Shown here piece after piece: positions 30,832-39,949 of a stretch of 64,000 nucleotides of DNA. The DNA comes from Clostridia bacterium (GTDB lineage Bacteria; Bacillota; Clostridia; Oscillospirales; CAG-382): positions 17,352 to 81,351 of the forward strand of contig JAFSCS010000040.1 of NCBI GenBank assembly GCA_017436675.1, given 5' to 3'. Under the pieces are notes generated by a model. That model did not search any database. It was given only the letters and a program-made list of their open reading frames with translations, and had not been told where the DNA came from. The stretch's first letter is position 1. The number at the start of each line of letters is the position of its first letter. Both the position numbers and the translations under genes were made by a program.

Positions 30832-31093
30832 AAAATTTTATTTATTTTGGTTTTTTTATATTTTGTTAACATTTGAGTTATATAATATGCTCAAAGAAGA
30901 AAATAAGAGCATCGCTCACTTCTTATGGATATTACCGAGGATCATTTCTTGGGATATCTTTTTCATAATACAATTTTCCTCTCACTGTAAAAGGGGTGTG
31001 GCGACGGCCTGCCCCGCATTGCAGTGAGCCAAAAAAATTGCCCCACATCAAATTTTCCCGAGGTATGAAACGCGTTCATCCTCGGGAAGTTTT

Positions 31094-31447
31094 TTATCCA
31101 TAGTATACGGTATAGTCGATCTTTTTCAGCGAACCGCTTCCGAGATCATATACCCAAAAGTTTACATAAATCTTCTTTTCGTCATAGCTCGCAAGCTCTA
31201 TTGGCTCGATCGTTCCGATGCCGATCGCATTATTACAATCCGAGCACTCAAAGCTTATTACGTTACCGTTGACTGACGGAGTGATCTTGTGTTCCGAGCT
31301 TCCCGTCGAAGTGAAGATGAACTTTACGACAAAATTGAAGTCCGCACCGCAATTTACTGCGAGTGATATATCGGAGGTCGAATCAAAGGTTATTATTGAG
31401 CCTGAATCGATTATTTCAAAATCAGCACTTGATCGTTTTATTTCCAT
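31094..31447 (-). CDS. Hypothetical 117-aa protein, coupled to the upstream YD-repeat lipoprotein gene
   Basis: The start lies 1 nt after the upstream stop. Beta-rich composition and no signal peptide. Confidence 0.55.
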   Translation of the reverse strand: MEIKRSSADFEIIDSGSIITFDSTSDISLAVNCGADFNFVVKFIFTSTGSSEHKITPSVNGNVISFECSDCNNAIGIGTIEPIELASYDEKKIYVNFWVYDLGSGSLKKIDYTVYYG

Positions 31448-31448
31448 T

Positions 31449-33239
31449 TTATTTCACGCTTTCATTATAAAAATATTCATAGTCGAAATATTCGATGAGG
31501 TTTGCATAGATCCCGTAGGAGTAGCCTTCTTGAAGGCTCGAGAGCAAAACACCGAATTCGTCATAGGTATAGGTGAATGTAAGGTCGGTTTTCTTTTCGC
31601 CGTTTTTATCGAGTCCGATGGTTGTCATTTTTATAAGGTTACCGTTTTCATCGTACTCTTTTTCGTGCCATCTTCCCTCTGCACCGTCAATATAATATGT
31701 AACCCTTATTTCGTTTCCGTTTTCATCATATTCGCTGAGCTTCGATATTTTATCGCCCTCACCGATGGACTTTTTCGAAAGCATTTTTCCGTCTTCGGAA
31801 TAGGTATATTCATATTTATCGCCGGAGAAGGCAATTCCGTTCGAGATGCTATCCTTGGCGATGAGGTCGCCGTGGTCGTTATAGATATATTGATAAGTCT
31901 TTTCGAAATCGTCTTCGTTCGTCTTTTCTTCGGAAAGTGTTCCGTTTTCGTTATACTTATATTCGTGGTAGATCGCCTTATTTTCGTCTCCCTCGTAGTA
32001 GGTGATCTCTTTTATAAGCTCGTTATTATCGTTATAGGTATATTCGTAATACTTCGGAGTACCGTCGAACTTTATTTCTTTTTTCTTCGTAATATTACCT
32101 TTTTCGTCATAGGTATATTCATATGTGTTTTTACTGTCACCCGAGGACTCCTTCAAAAGATTTCCTTTTTCATCATAGACCTGTTGAAGCTCATATTCTT
32201 TCCAATCGTTTCTTTTAACGTTAGATTTTTTGATCTTTCCGCTTTCGAAATACTCATACTCGGTCTCTTGCAAGGTATGGGCGATATTATCGATCACTTT
32301 ATGGTAACGTGTCACGTCACCGTTTTCGTTATACGTTGTTTCTTCGACTGTTTGGGAATCTTGCGCCAAATTGTTTGTTATTTTTTTAGTTATATTGCCT
32401 TTTTCATCGTATTCGTATTCATATTTTTTATCGACAGTTTGTGTAAAATCCGTTTCATACATTTCTTGGATTATTTTCTCGGATAAGACGTCGCCGCGAT
32501 CGTTATAGGTATATTCGTTTGTCAAGCTATATTTTTCGGTGGGCTTGAAGGTTTTTATAAGGTTTCCGTTTTCGTCATAGGTGTATATGATCTCTTCGGT
32601 CTTATTTTCAAAATTGAGGATCGTTTCTTTTGTTTTGTTGCCCTTTGCATCGTATTCGTAGGTATAACGGTAGTTCATTACGCCGTCAAAAAAGAGTTCT
32701 TTTTTCGTGACGTTGCCGTTTTCGTCATATTCATACGTTTCATCTCGCGTGTAAGATGGGTTGCCCGATTCGTCGAGTCCTCTTTTCTCTTCGAGCTTAA
32801 TCAGGTTGCCCTTCTCGTCGTAGGTATAAATGATCTTATCGGGCTTTGAGGACTCCTCATCGGTTTTCGATAGGCATTGTACCATTTTACCGTTTTCATA
32901 GATATATTCGAAATTCTCGGTTATAAAATAGCGTTCACCATAGGTATAGTCGCTATATATTTTCACCGGATCGCCCTGCTCGTTATAGGTCGTCTCTTTG
33001 AAGCTTTCATAAACCTCATAGTTTTTATTGGTGACTTTTTCGGCGTTCACGGTGAAGGAAGCGAGCATTTCCGCCGCTTCGGGAAAGCTTTTATTTTCAT
33101 AGAGCAGCTCATATGCTTCTTTATATTTTCCGTCTTCTATCAAGGCGGTAGCTTTATCGATCACTCTTCCCTCTTTATCGCAAGAGAACAATGAAAGCGA
33201 GAGGGTAAGAAGTAGAAATATTGCAATTATTCTTTTCAT
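31449..33239 (-). CDS. Lipoprotein composed almost entirely of YD (RHS-type) repeats
   Basis: Lipobox LSLFSC. About 17 repeats of Y-x-Y-D/N-x-x-G-N/D-hydrophobic-x-K (YTYDEKGNLIK, YEYDENGNVTK, YEYDAKGNKTK ...). Confidence 0.75.
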   Translation of the reverse strand: MKRIIAIFLLLTLSLSLFSCDKEGRVIDKATALIEDGKYKEAYELLYENKSFPEAAEMLASFTVNAEKVTNKNYEVYESFKETTYNEQGDPVKIYSDYTYGERYFITENFEYIYENGKMVQCLSKTDEESSKPDKIIYTYDEKGNLIKLEEKRGLDESGNPSYTRDETYEYDENGNVTKKELFFDGVMNYRYTYEYDAKGNKTKETILNFENKTEEIIYTYDENGNLIKTFKPTEKYSLTNEYTYNDRGDVLSEKIIQEMYETDFTQTVDKKYEYEYDEKGNITKKITNNLAQDSQTVEETTYNENGDVTRYHKVIDNIAHTLQETEYEYFESGKIKKSNVKRNDWKEYELQQVYDEKGNLLKESSGDSKNTYEYTYDEKGNITKKKEIKFDGTPKYYEYTYNDNNELIKEITYYEGDENKAIYHEYKYNENGTLSEEKTNEDDFEKTYQYIYNDHGDLIAKDSISNGIAFSGDKYEYTYSEDGKMLSKKSIGEGDKISKLSEYDENGNEIRVTYYIDGAEGRWHEKEYDENGNLIKMTTIGLDKNGEKKTDLTFTYTYDEFGVLLSSLQEGYSYGIYANLIEYFDYEYFYNESVK

Positions 33240-33409
33240 TATTACTTTTCCTTTTTCAATATTTTTTTCAGTTTATCATATAACCGTATGAAAGTCAACA
33301 TTAGTTCTTTTTTTGTTATTTCAAGGGATATGAAGCAGAAGGCGTATTCGTTTAACAAGCAAAATATCACTGAGCAACAAGGGTTGATCGGTGATATTTT
33401 TTAATTCTA

Positions 33410-34888
33410 TTAAAGCTTTATAAACACTGCTATCATCAAGAATGCGATCGAGACGGCAAACAAAAGAAGCTGGAAGAGGATCGTTTTCTTGAACCACTCG
33501 GTGAAGCTGACGCCTGCAAGTCCTATTCCGACAAGCAACGTTCCGCAGGTCGGATACAAAACGTTGGTATATCCGTCGGCAAAGAGGTAGGTCAGTATGA
33601 TCACCGTCTTACTGATACCGTCGATCGGTGCGAGGGTGAGCATCGGGATTATCAAGACTGCCTTTGCCGATGCGCTAGGGATGAAGAACTCGATTATCAG
33701 CACGAACAAATACAAAACTATTACTGCGAGGTAGGGTGAGATATTCGTTACTGAATTATAGAAATAGTAAAAGATGGTATGCAGGATATTGCCTTCTTGT
33801 GCGATATAGGTGATACCGAAGGCTATCATAATTATTACGATCGAGGGAAGGACGTCCTTTATTCCCTTTACGAAGCTTTTCCCGAGGCTCTTATATGAGC
33901 CAAGCAGTACTCTTCCGATTATGACTGTGCCGACGATGAATGCTACTGCCATAAACACCATTGCGAGAGAGCGGAGTGCTGCTATTGATGTGGTTACGAC
34001 AACGGAAAGGAGCGCTATTGAGAAGAGGGAGATTATCATTTTTGATTTTTTGACGTCTTCCCTATGCTCTTCCGCTGAAACCATCACAAATCCCTCTGCA
34101 TCGAATTTTTCGGTTATCGTTCTTTCGTCGCGCTTTGCGAGGTAGGTCAAAAACAGAGCCGTTACGACGTACATTACGCAGAAGATGATACTTCTATACC
34201 AGATACCGTCGGTGATGCTGACGCCTGCGGCGATGGAAGCTGTTCCTATTGTTAGCGGGTTGGTTATTGCGGTCGTAAAGCCGACACCCGATGAGATCAA
34301 CACGAACGAGATAGCGGTGAATCTCGACCAATTCAATGCCGTGCATAGCATTGCGAAGACGGGATATAGGATCAGAAGCTGTTCTTGGAGACCGAAGACT
34401 GCGGATAATATCATTATTACTGCCGTTATTGCCCAGATGGCAACGAAGCGTTTTGACTTCAGGCGCATCATAATTACTCTTACGAGCGAAACGAGTCCGC
34501 CGCTTTCGTCGAGAACCTTAAAGGTACCTCCGAGGACGAGCAGGAGTGCGATTATCATAATCATATTGGAGCTATTGCTTCCGAATATCATCGCTTCAAA
34601 CGGTGCGATGAGCCAACGCCAAAAAGGAAGGCGCGATGTGTTTTCGCTCTCGGTGAGCTCGCGGAAGGAGTCGATCACTATTTGTTTATTGAGCGTGGGA
34701 TCGGTAGTATATTGATAGAACGGGAGCTCTGCTTTCGCTATGTCGGTGGTATATATAGTATATCGGCCTGCCGGTATCAGATAAGTCAATGCTCCGACGA
34801 AGAACAGCACTGCAAACAGTATTGCGACAACTGTTATAAAGCTTTTTACGCCAATTTTGATCTTTACGTTAATATCGGTATTACTCAT
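33410..34888 (-). CDS. YfcC/DcuC-superfamily polytopic membrane transporter
   Basis: 492 aa, about 12 TM segments. Size and N-terminal layout are consistent with YfcC-type carriers. The family call is from memory only. Confidence 0.6.
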   Translation of the reverse strand: MSNTDINVKIKIGVKSFITVVAILFAVLFFVGALTYLIPAGRYTIYTTDIAKAELPFYQYTTDPTLNKQIVIDSFRELTESENTSRLPFWRWLIAPFEAMIFGSNSSNMIMIIALLLVLGGTFKVLDESGGLVSLVRVIMMRLKSKRFVAIWAITAVIMILSAVFGLQEQLLILYPVFAMLCTALNWSRFTAISFVLISSGVGFTTAITNPLTIGTASIAAGVSITDGIWYRSIIFCVMYVVTALFLTYLAKRDERTITEKFDAEGFVMVSAEEHREDVKKSKMIISLFSIALLSVVVTTSIAALRSLAMVFMAVAFIVGTVIIGRVLLGSYKSLGKSFVKGIKDVLPSIVIIMIAFGITYIAQEGNILHTIFYYFYNSVTNISPYLAVIVLYLFVLIIEFFIPSASAKAVLIIPMLTLAPIDGISKTVIILTYLFADGYTNVLYPTCGTLLVGIGLAGVSFTEWFKKTILFQLLLFAVSIAFLMIAVFIKL

Positions 34889-36183
34889 ATTATTTCTCCT
34901 TTATCGTACTCATAAACGTCGGCACACGCATCACGCCACTTTTCATCGTAGAGGTTATGGATCTCCTCGGATGCTAAGGTCCACTTTATGAGGCATTGGT
35001 CATCGTTTTCGGGGATGAGCATATAGTAGTCGTTTTTATGGTAGAACTCGAGATAGCCCTTCGTTGATGCGGTCAGCGAATAGATCGATCTCACGTCAAA
35101 CTCAAAGTCAGCGGATGCGCCATCAAGCGAGCCTTTGATGGTGAAAGAGCAGTTAGTCAATCTCACCTCGCCGATGGACAAGGTTCTTCTGTCGTCAGGG
35201 ACACTTCTCAGCTTATCGAGCTTCAACTCGCATAGCGTTGCTTTCATAGTCAATTCAAAATCATCGTCTTTTATTTGATTTGAGACTATACGGCGCTGCC
35301 ATTTATACCATTTATCGATATCATACGGCAGTATTTGACCGCTTTGATCGACAAGGTCATAATATTCGTCCACCTTCGCTTTGAACGAGCAATTATTACA
35401 TACTATTGTGTCATTATCGACGATGAGGGTATGCTCCTTTTTACAGTTAGGACATATATATAATATTTTCGTGATACCGAAAGCATTCTGTTTTTTTCCG
35501 ACGTATTTATTACGTGCGGTCTTATTGAATTCGAAGTCGTTATAGCTGAGCTTTTCCAGAATACGCTCGTAGATCTCGTTTTCACTGAGGCTGTTGAGCA
35601 TTTCGGGGGTGAAGACCAATGAATAATCTATTCCGATATAGCCTTTTTTTCGGTCGGAGGAATAGCGGTTGGTTGCAAGGTATGCGCCCTTTGAGGTTGC
35701 GACGACCACGTTCGATTTACTGCGCTTGATAAACTGTGCGGTAGCGGGGTTGATCGGGTGGGTGCTTCCGCTCGTTGACTGGATACCTTCGGGGAAAAGT
35801 CCGAGGGTGCCGCCGTGCTTCAAGACCTTATACATATTTTTGATACATACGAGATCGGGCTGATAGAGGTATTTTGAGATCACGCCGAGAGAGAGAAAAA
35901 TTTGGAAGAGACCTTTTTTCAGGATATTTTGGTAGCCGCATACCATATTGATATCGTTTTTCTTGAAGCCATAGACGGTATAGACAAACTCAAGTCTTGA
36001 GGAATGGGCGGAGAGAAGGATTGTTGGGGTTCCTTTTAGTGATTTTTTGTCGTAATCGTAGCTAAACCGGACCTTATAGAGCTTATTGAGTATTCCGAGC
36101 ACTCGCATTCCCAAGAACATCAACAACGGATTTGGCTTTTTTATTTTTCTGTTAATTAATTTTTCTTTTAGATCTTTTTTCAT
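34885..36183 (-). CDS. Lysophospholipid (PlsC-type) acyltransferase-family protein with an internal zinc ribbon
   Basis: HSSRLEF (HxxxxD/E-like block) and FPEG motifs. CPNC...CNNC zinc ribbon. 4-nt overlap with the downstream transporter gene. Confidence 0.65.
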   Translation of the reverse strand: MKKDLKEKLINRKIKKPNPLLMFLGMRVLGILNKLYKVRFSYDYDKKSLKGTPTILLSAHSSRLEFVYTVYGFKKNDINMVCGYQNILKKGLFQIFLSLGVISKYLYQPDLVCIKNMYKVLKHGGTLGLFPEGIQSTSGSTHPINPATAQFIKRSKSNVVVATSKGAYLATNRYSSDRKKGYIGIDYSLVFTPEMLNSLSENEIYERILEKLSYNDFEFNKTARNKYVGKKQNAFGITKILYICPNCKKEHTLIVDNDTIVCNNCSFKAKVDEYYDLVDQSGQILPYDIDKWYKWQRRIVSNQIKDDDFELTMKATLCELKLDKLRSVPDDRRTLSIGEVRLTNCSFTIKGSLDGASADFEFDVRSIYSLTASTKGYLEFYHKNDYYMLIPENDDQCLIKWTLASEEIHNLYDEKWRDACADVYEYDKGEII

Positions 36184-36267
36184 CGTCCAAGCAACCTTTA
36201 AACTTCTTCTTTTTACATTATATTACAAAATTCGCAATCTTTCAAGTTTTTATTGGAAATTTATTGA

Positions 36268-36305
36268 AAAAGGAAAAATCCAAGGCAACAAATGACTTGG
36301 ATTTT
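36268..36305 (-). terminator. Terminator of the three-gene AT-rich operon
   Basis: Minus-strand hairpin aatccaag / cttggatt followed by tttttcctttttc. Confidence 0.6.
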
Positions 36306-36399
36306 GATTTCTACTATAGCAGATTAATTAAATATTCGATGTTTGACCTTAACAAAAATGAAATAAAGTTATAATACCGATAAGTTCCTATTTCAGTTT

Positions 36400-37725
36400 T
36401 TAATCTTTAGCTTTCAATTCGTCAAATTTTTGCTTCATTGTAGGATTGTGTTCAGTCAAACGTTTTATTGATAAATCTTGTGCTTTATTATTAGCAAGCC
36501 TTAAATTGTTTTCAGACGATAATAATTCACTTTTGATATTTTGAAGATGAATAATAGTCTTGTCTATTTCCTCAATAGCTTTTTGAAATTTTTCACTAGC
36601 AAGTCTATAGTTTCGCGAGAACTTAACTTTAAAATCATTCATATCTTCCTCGAATCGTGTTATGTCCAAATTTTGATTCTTAATTATTGCTAATTCTTGT
36701 CGATATTGAAGTGCATTTGAAGCGGAATTTCTTAAAAGGGTTATAATAGGAATAAAAAATTGGGGACGAACAACATACATTTTAGGGTATTTATAGGAGA
36801 CATCAGTTATACCCGAATATAGTTCATTGTCTGCCTCAAGCATTGTAACTAATACGGCATATTCACAATTCTTTTCACGTCTATCCTTGTCGAGTTCCTT
36901 AAAAAAGTCTTCGTTTTTCTTTTTAGTTGCTGTGGTATCTGCTTCATTTTTCATTTCAAACATAATTGAAATGAATTCAGTTCCATCTTCACCAAAATCT
37001 CTAAAAATAAAATCACCTTTACTTCCACTTTTTGCATCGTTATCCTTTTCAAAATATGCATTTTGAAACCCTGTAGCACGCAATCTATTAAACTCTATTT
37101 GACAATGCTGTTCTAGTGTTTCTCCAAGTAGTTTGGTAGAAAGTTTAGATTTAAGATCTTTGTAGTATTCTATTTCGATATCCTTTTCTCGTATTTCTTT
37201 TTCGTGTTCGTGTATAAGCTCTTGTTCTTTAGCCCGATAATTAGAGATTAGTTTTTCTTTTTCATTGTTTGCCATTTCCTCGAAATGTTTTTGATCTTGC
37301 TTATTATGTTCAATCTGCAATTTAAGTGAATTAATTTGGTTGTCTTTATTTATCACTGCAAGCTTAATGTCATTTTCTCTTGAACTGTTCAAAATAGCTA
37401 GTTGATTTTCTAAGGATTGTATTTTTTGTAACATTTCATTAGTTTCTTTTTGATGTTCTTCGTTTGCTTTAATTATGGCGTTGGTCAAATTGAGATCGGC
37501 ATCTTTTCTGTTGACATCAATTTGAAATTGCAAATCTTTTATTTCAGTATCTTTTTTGTGAATCTGATTGTTGTAAGTTTCAATTACCTTGGTGAGTTCA
37601 AGCTGTAGTTGAGACTTGATTTCCTTTTCGAACTCTTTATCCTTTACTTGTTTTATTAATGCGGAATATCCTGCTTCATCTACTTGAAATACCTCTCCGC
37701 ATTTTGGACACTTAATCTCATTCAT
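36400..37725 (-). CDS. DUF2130-type protein: N-terminal Zn-ribbon, long coiled coil, C-terminal PD-(D/E)xK nuclease-like domain
   Basis: The protein starts with a Zn-ribbon, IKCPKCGEVFQVDEAGY. About 170 aa of heptad-rich E/K/Q sequence follow. The C-terminus has ...SKGDFIFRDF...FISIMFEMKNE (D...E-x-K). Strong RBS AAAGGAGG. Confidence 0.75.
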   Translation of the reverse strand: MNEIKCPKCGEVFQVDEAGYSALIKQVKDKEFEKEIKSQLQLELTKVIETYNNQIHKKDTEIKDLQFQIDVNRKDADLNLTNAIIKANEEHQKETNEMLQKIQSLENQLAILNSSRENDIKLAVINKDNQINSLKLQIEHNKQDQKHFEEMANNEKEKLISNYRAKEQELIHEHEKEIREKDIEIEYYKDLKSKLSTKLLGETLEQHCQIEFNRLRATGFQNAYFEKDNDAKSGSKGDFIFRDFGEDGTEFISIMFEMKNEADTTATKKKNEDFFKELDKDRREKNCEYAVLVTMLEADNELYSGITDVSYKYPKMYVVRPQFFIPIITLLRNSASNALQYRQELAIIKNQNLDITRFEEDMNDFKVKFSRNYRLASEKFQKAIEEIDKTIIHLQNIKSELLSSENNLRLANNKAQDLSIKRLTEHNPTMKQKFDELKAKD

Positions 37726-37743
37726 ATTATTAAACCTCCTTTG

Positions 37744-38826
37744 TTAATTATTATCTACTATTTGACCATTTTCTAAAAACTTGGTTTTTAAATCATTACC
37801 AATTAAATACTTAAGTATTTCATAAGCAATAAGCTTTTTTGCTTCATTCTTAGAATCGCAAATGTATCCTCCACTGGGGGTAATCAGTCCATCAATGGTG
37901 CATATGCACTTCCATTGTGGATTACCGCACTGAGAGCTAGTATGCTTTTCAAAACTGTATTTGGGTTCGGATATAATCTTTTTTTGGTACAATTCTTGTA
38001 GTTGATTTATAGCTCTATTTTGATCAGGTTCTCCTACTGACTTGATTATTACTTCTTTGCGATTGTTGATTTTGTTAATAACCTTCATTGCACGCTTCGC
38101 TGCCATTCGTTTTGCCCCTTTTTCCGTTAAACCATATCCATATGCAACGTAATTTAACATATTAAAGCCAAGATTGACATTGACACCGCACTTTAGGTTT
38201 TCATTTATAGAAGAAACAAATTCAAAATTTAAAGTATCATTATTTTCAGAAAACCAATTTTCAAGAGATTTTTCCCAGTCTTCTTCGTCCTTTGAACCTT
38301 TTTCGAGGATGCCATCAATATCAAGCATATCAGAAACAACCTTTTCAAGAATAGTCATATTCCAATTACAGTCAATAGCGAGTGCACCTACAATTGCTTC
38401 AAAAAGGTCTTCTTTAACTGATGGTTGATTTTGTACTTCTCCCAAAATATCACTTTTGCCCATTAACAAATAATTTTCCAAACCAAGATTTTCGGTTGCT
38501 GCAGCAAGAGTAGATCGCTGAACAATACTAATTTTTAGATCACTAAGTTCTGCTTCATCAAGTTCACAAGAAAAAGCACTTTTAATTGAATATAGTTTTT
38601 TTAGGTCAGTCGGGATCTTAGGGGTGTCTATCGTATAGTGAGCTATAAGTCGTTTTACTACAACTATGCCTAAAATGCTATCACCTATAAATTCCAAAAC
38701 CTCGTTGTCGTAAGTATTGTTCTCTGAAGCATATGAACTTCTTGTAAATGCTTGTTCTAGCAAATCTGGATTATTGAAATGATAGTTGAGTTTTTTCTCA
38801 ACTTCGTGAATGTTGAATTTCTTCAT
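37744..38826 (-). CDS. Atypical RNase III-family protein with two C-terminal dsRBD-like modules
   Basis: RNase III signature NEVLEFIGDSILG plus KEDLFEAIVGA, so the catalytic acidic residues are present. Two dsRBD-like endings follow (...GYGLTEKGAKRMAAKRAM and ...GGYICDSKNEAKKLIAYEILKYL). Start set at the ATG at 38826, 9 nt after GGAG. 360 aa, whereas canonical bacterial Rnc is shorter and has a single dsRBD. Confidence 0.8.
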   Translation of the reverse strand: MKKFNIHEVEKKLNYHFNNPDLLEQAFTRSSYASENNTYDNEVLEFIGDSILGIVVVKRLIAHYTIDTPKIPTDLKKLYSIKSAFSCELDEAELSDLKISIVQRSTLAAATENLGLENYLLMGKSDILGEVQNQPSVKEDLFEAIVGALAIDCNWNMTILEKVVSDMLDIDGILEKGSKDEEDWEKSLENWFSENNDTLNFEFVSSINENLKCGVNVNLGFNMLNYVAYGYGLTEKGAKRMAAKRAMKVINKINNRKEVIIKSVGEPDQNRAINQLQELYQKKIISEPKYSFEKHTSSQCGNPQWKCICTIDGLITPSGGYICDSKNEAKKLIAYEILKYLIGNDLKTKFLENGQIVDNN

Positions 38827-38908
38827 AGTTTTATTCTCCAATTATTTCTAAAAGATTATTTTATGATTAAAGTTATCTGTTTATAGAAGATAAAATTATT
38901 TACTGATA

Positions 38909-39202
38909 TTAAGCAACACATCCCCCCATAACATATTTTTTGACATAATTTATTTCACGTTTAATGTGAGTTATTGTATTATTTAGTCGCTCGTTGTACT
39001 TCCAATTTCTAAAGTTTAATACTTCATTCTCGGAACGTCCGTCTTTAAACCAAAAGTATACACCTTTTGAAAAGGGTTGATTAAACAACCAAAACATACC
39101 ATTACTGTTTTTTAAATAGAATTCAAGAAACTCTTTTTTTATAATTCGATTATTTGACTCAGTTACCTTAAAAGTTTTTGTTACAATTATCTTGTTTTTC
39201 AT
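38909..39202 (-). CDS. Hypothetical 97-aa protein, first gene of the AT-rich operon
   Basis: RBS AAAGGAG 7 nt upstream. Basic and aromatic-rich. No motif recognised. Confidence 0.5.
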   Translation of the reverse strand: MKNKIIVTKTFKVTESNNRIIKKEFLEFYLKNSNGMFWLFNQPFSKGVYFWFKDGRSENEVLNFRNWKYNERLNNTITHIKREINYVKKYVMGGCVA

Positions 39203-39555
39203 TTGATTTCTCCTTTAAATAATTTTTTCTTTTTGTTTGCTAAGTGCAAATAAAAAAACCTCCTTTGCAGAAATAAGCAAAAAAGGCATAAAAATAGACC
39301 AACCAAGTTACAAAAGCAAACAAAATGTAACAAGAATTAGTCTAACTCAAAAAAATTATTTAAAATAATCCAAACGTATTTGTAATATTCCGACTAAGCT
39401 CTTTACGGAATATAACAAATAAAAAAGTATTATAATAAGCAATTTTTATGATTATACCTAATTTACGGTTATATTATCACATCTTTTATAATTTGTCAAT
39501 ACCTTTTCTATATTTACACGAAAAGAGAAGAACGAGAAGAGAAAAGTGAAGAGAA

Positions 39556-39598
39556 CAAAAAGAAACGACAATCTTCTGTCGAAAATTGTCGTTTCTTT
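39556..39598 (-). terminator. Terminator immediately after tmRNA
   Basis: Stem agaaacgacaat / attgtcgtttct with a T-run on the minus strand. Confidence 0.75.
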
Positions 39599-39599
39599 T

Positions 39600-39946
39600 T
39601 GGTGGAGGCGAGGGGAGTCGAACCCCTGTCCGAAAAAGATTCAACACAACTTTCTCCGAGCGCATACGATCATTTAATTTCCCTTGCGTGTACGCCGATC
39701 GTCAGGCTTACTCGTTCGGTAGCTTCATTGAGTCATGGAAAATATCAAAGCTTTTATCTTCGCACGTTCACTGCTGTGTCACGCCACGTTCGAGCTCGCA
39801 GTCCTTCCCGAGGTGACGGCCGCCCTTAGGCAGCGATTGCTAAATTTCTGTTAGCGTTTATATTTAAGTTTACGGTTTTTATAGAAGTCCCGCGCTTCTG
39901 CTCGCTTATCGTATCTCTTCTTCCCCGTCGAAACCTTTACGCCCCC
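39600..39946 (-). ncRNA. ssrA: tmRNA (SsrA)
   Basis: The 5' end is GGGGGCGTAAAGGTTTCGACGGGG and the 3' end is ...GGGGTTCGACTCCCCTCGCCTCCACCA. The acceptor stem includes the G3:U pair. The internal tag ORF GCT AAC AGA AAT TTA GCA ATC GCT GCC TAA (39855-39826) encodes ANRNLAIAA. Confidence 0.95.
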
Positions 39947-39949
39947 ATT

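Noticed and set aside
30887-31027. 46-codon ORF (MLKEENKSIAHFLWILPRIISWDIFFIIQFSSHCKRGVATACPALQ) in the spacer after the TCS operon.
   Set aside because: It has no RBS, and the only promoter-like TATAAT abuts the ATG. The ORF also runs through the GC-rich hairpin, so it is more likely non-coding.
37744-38826. Considered that the RNase III gene is simply the housekeeping rnc.
   Set aside because: This is not fully excluded, but several features argue for an accessory paralogue. These are the tandem dsRBD-like modules, the 360-aa length, the AT-rich composition, and the lack of the usual rnc neighbourhood (acpP, plsX, smc or ftsY). The genome needs to be checked for a canonical rnc.
39205-39266. 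Strong SD-like AAAGGAGG (39259-39266, minus strand), followed 9 nt later by a TTG-initiated 15-codon uORF whose stop overlaps the ATG of the 97-aa gene.
   Set aside because: There is no ATG or GTG start, and the peptide (HLANKKKKLFKGEIK after the initiator) is low complexity. It is probably chance, though a coupling uORF cannot be excluded.
36184-39599. Searched for a direct repeat of the tmRNA 3' end (tggtggaggcgaggggagtcgaacc) or an integrase that would define the AT-rich operon as a classical ssrA-integrated island.
   Set aside because: No second copy of the tmRNA 3' end and no recombinase gene were found inside the segment by eye. I therefore do not call it a mobile element, only a compositionally distinct insert.
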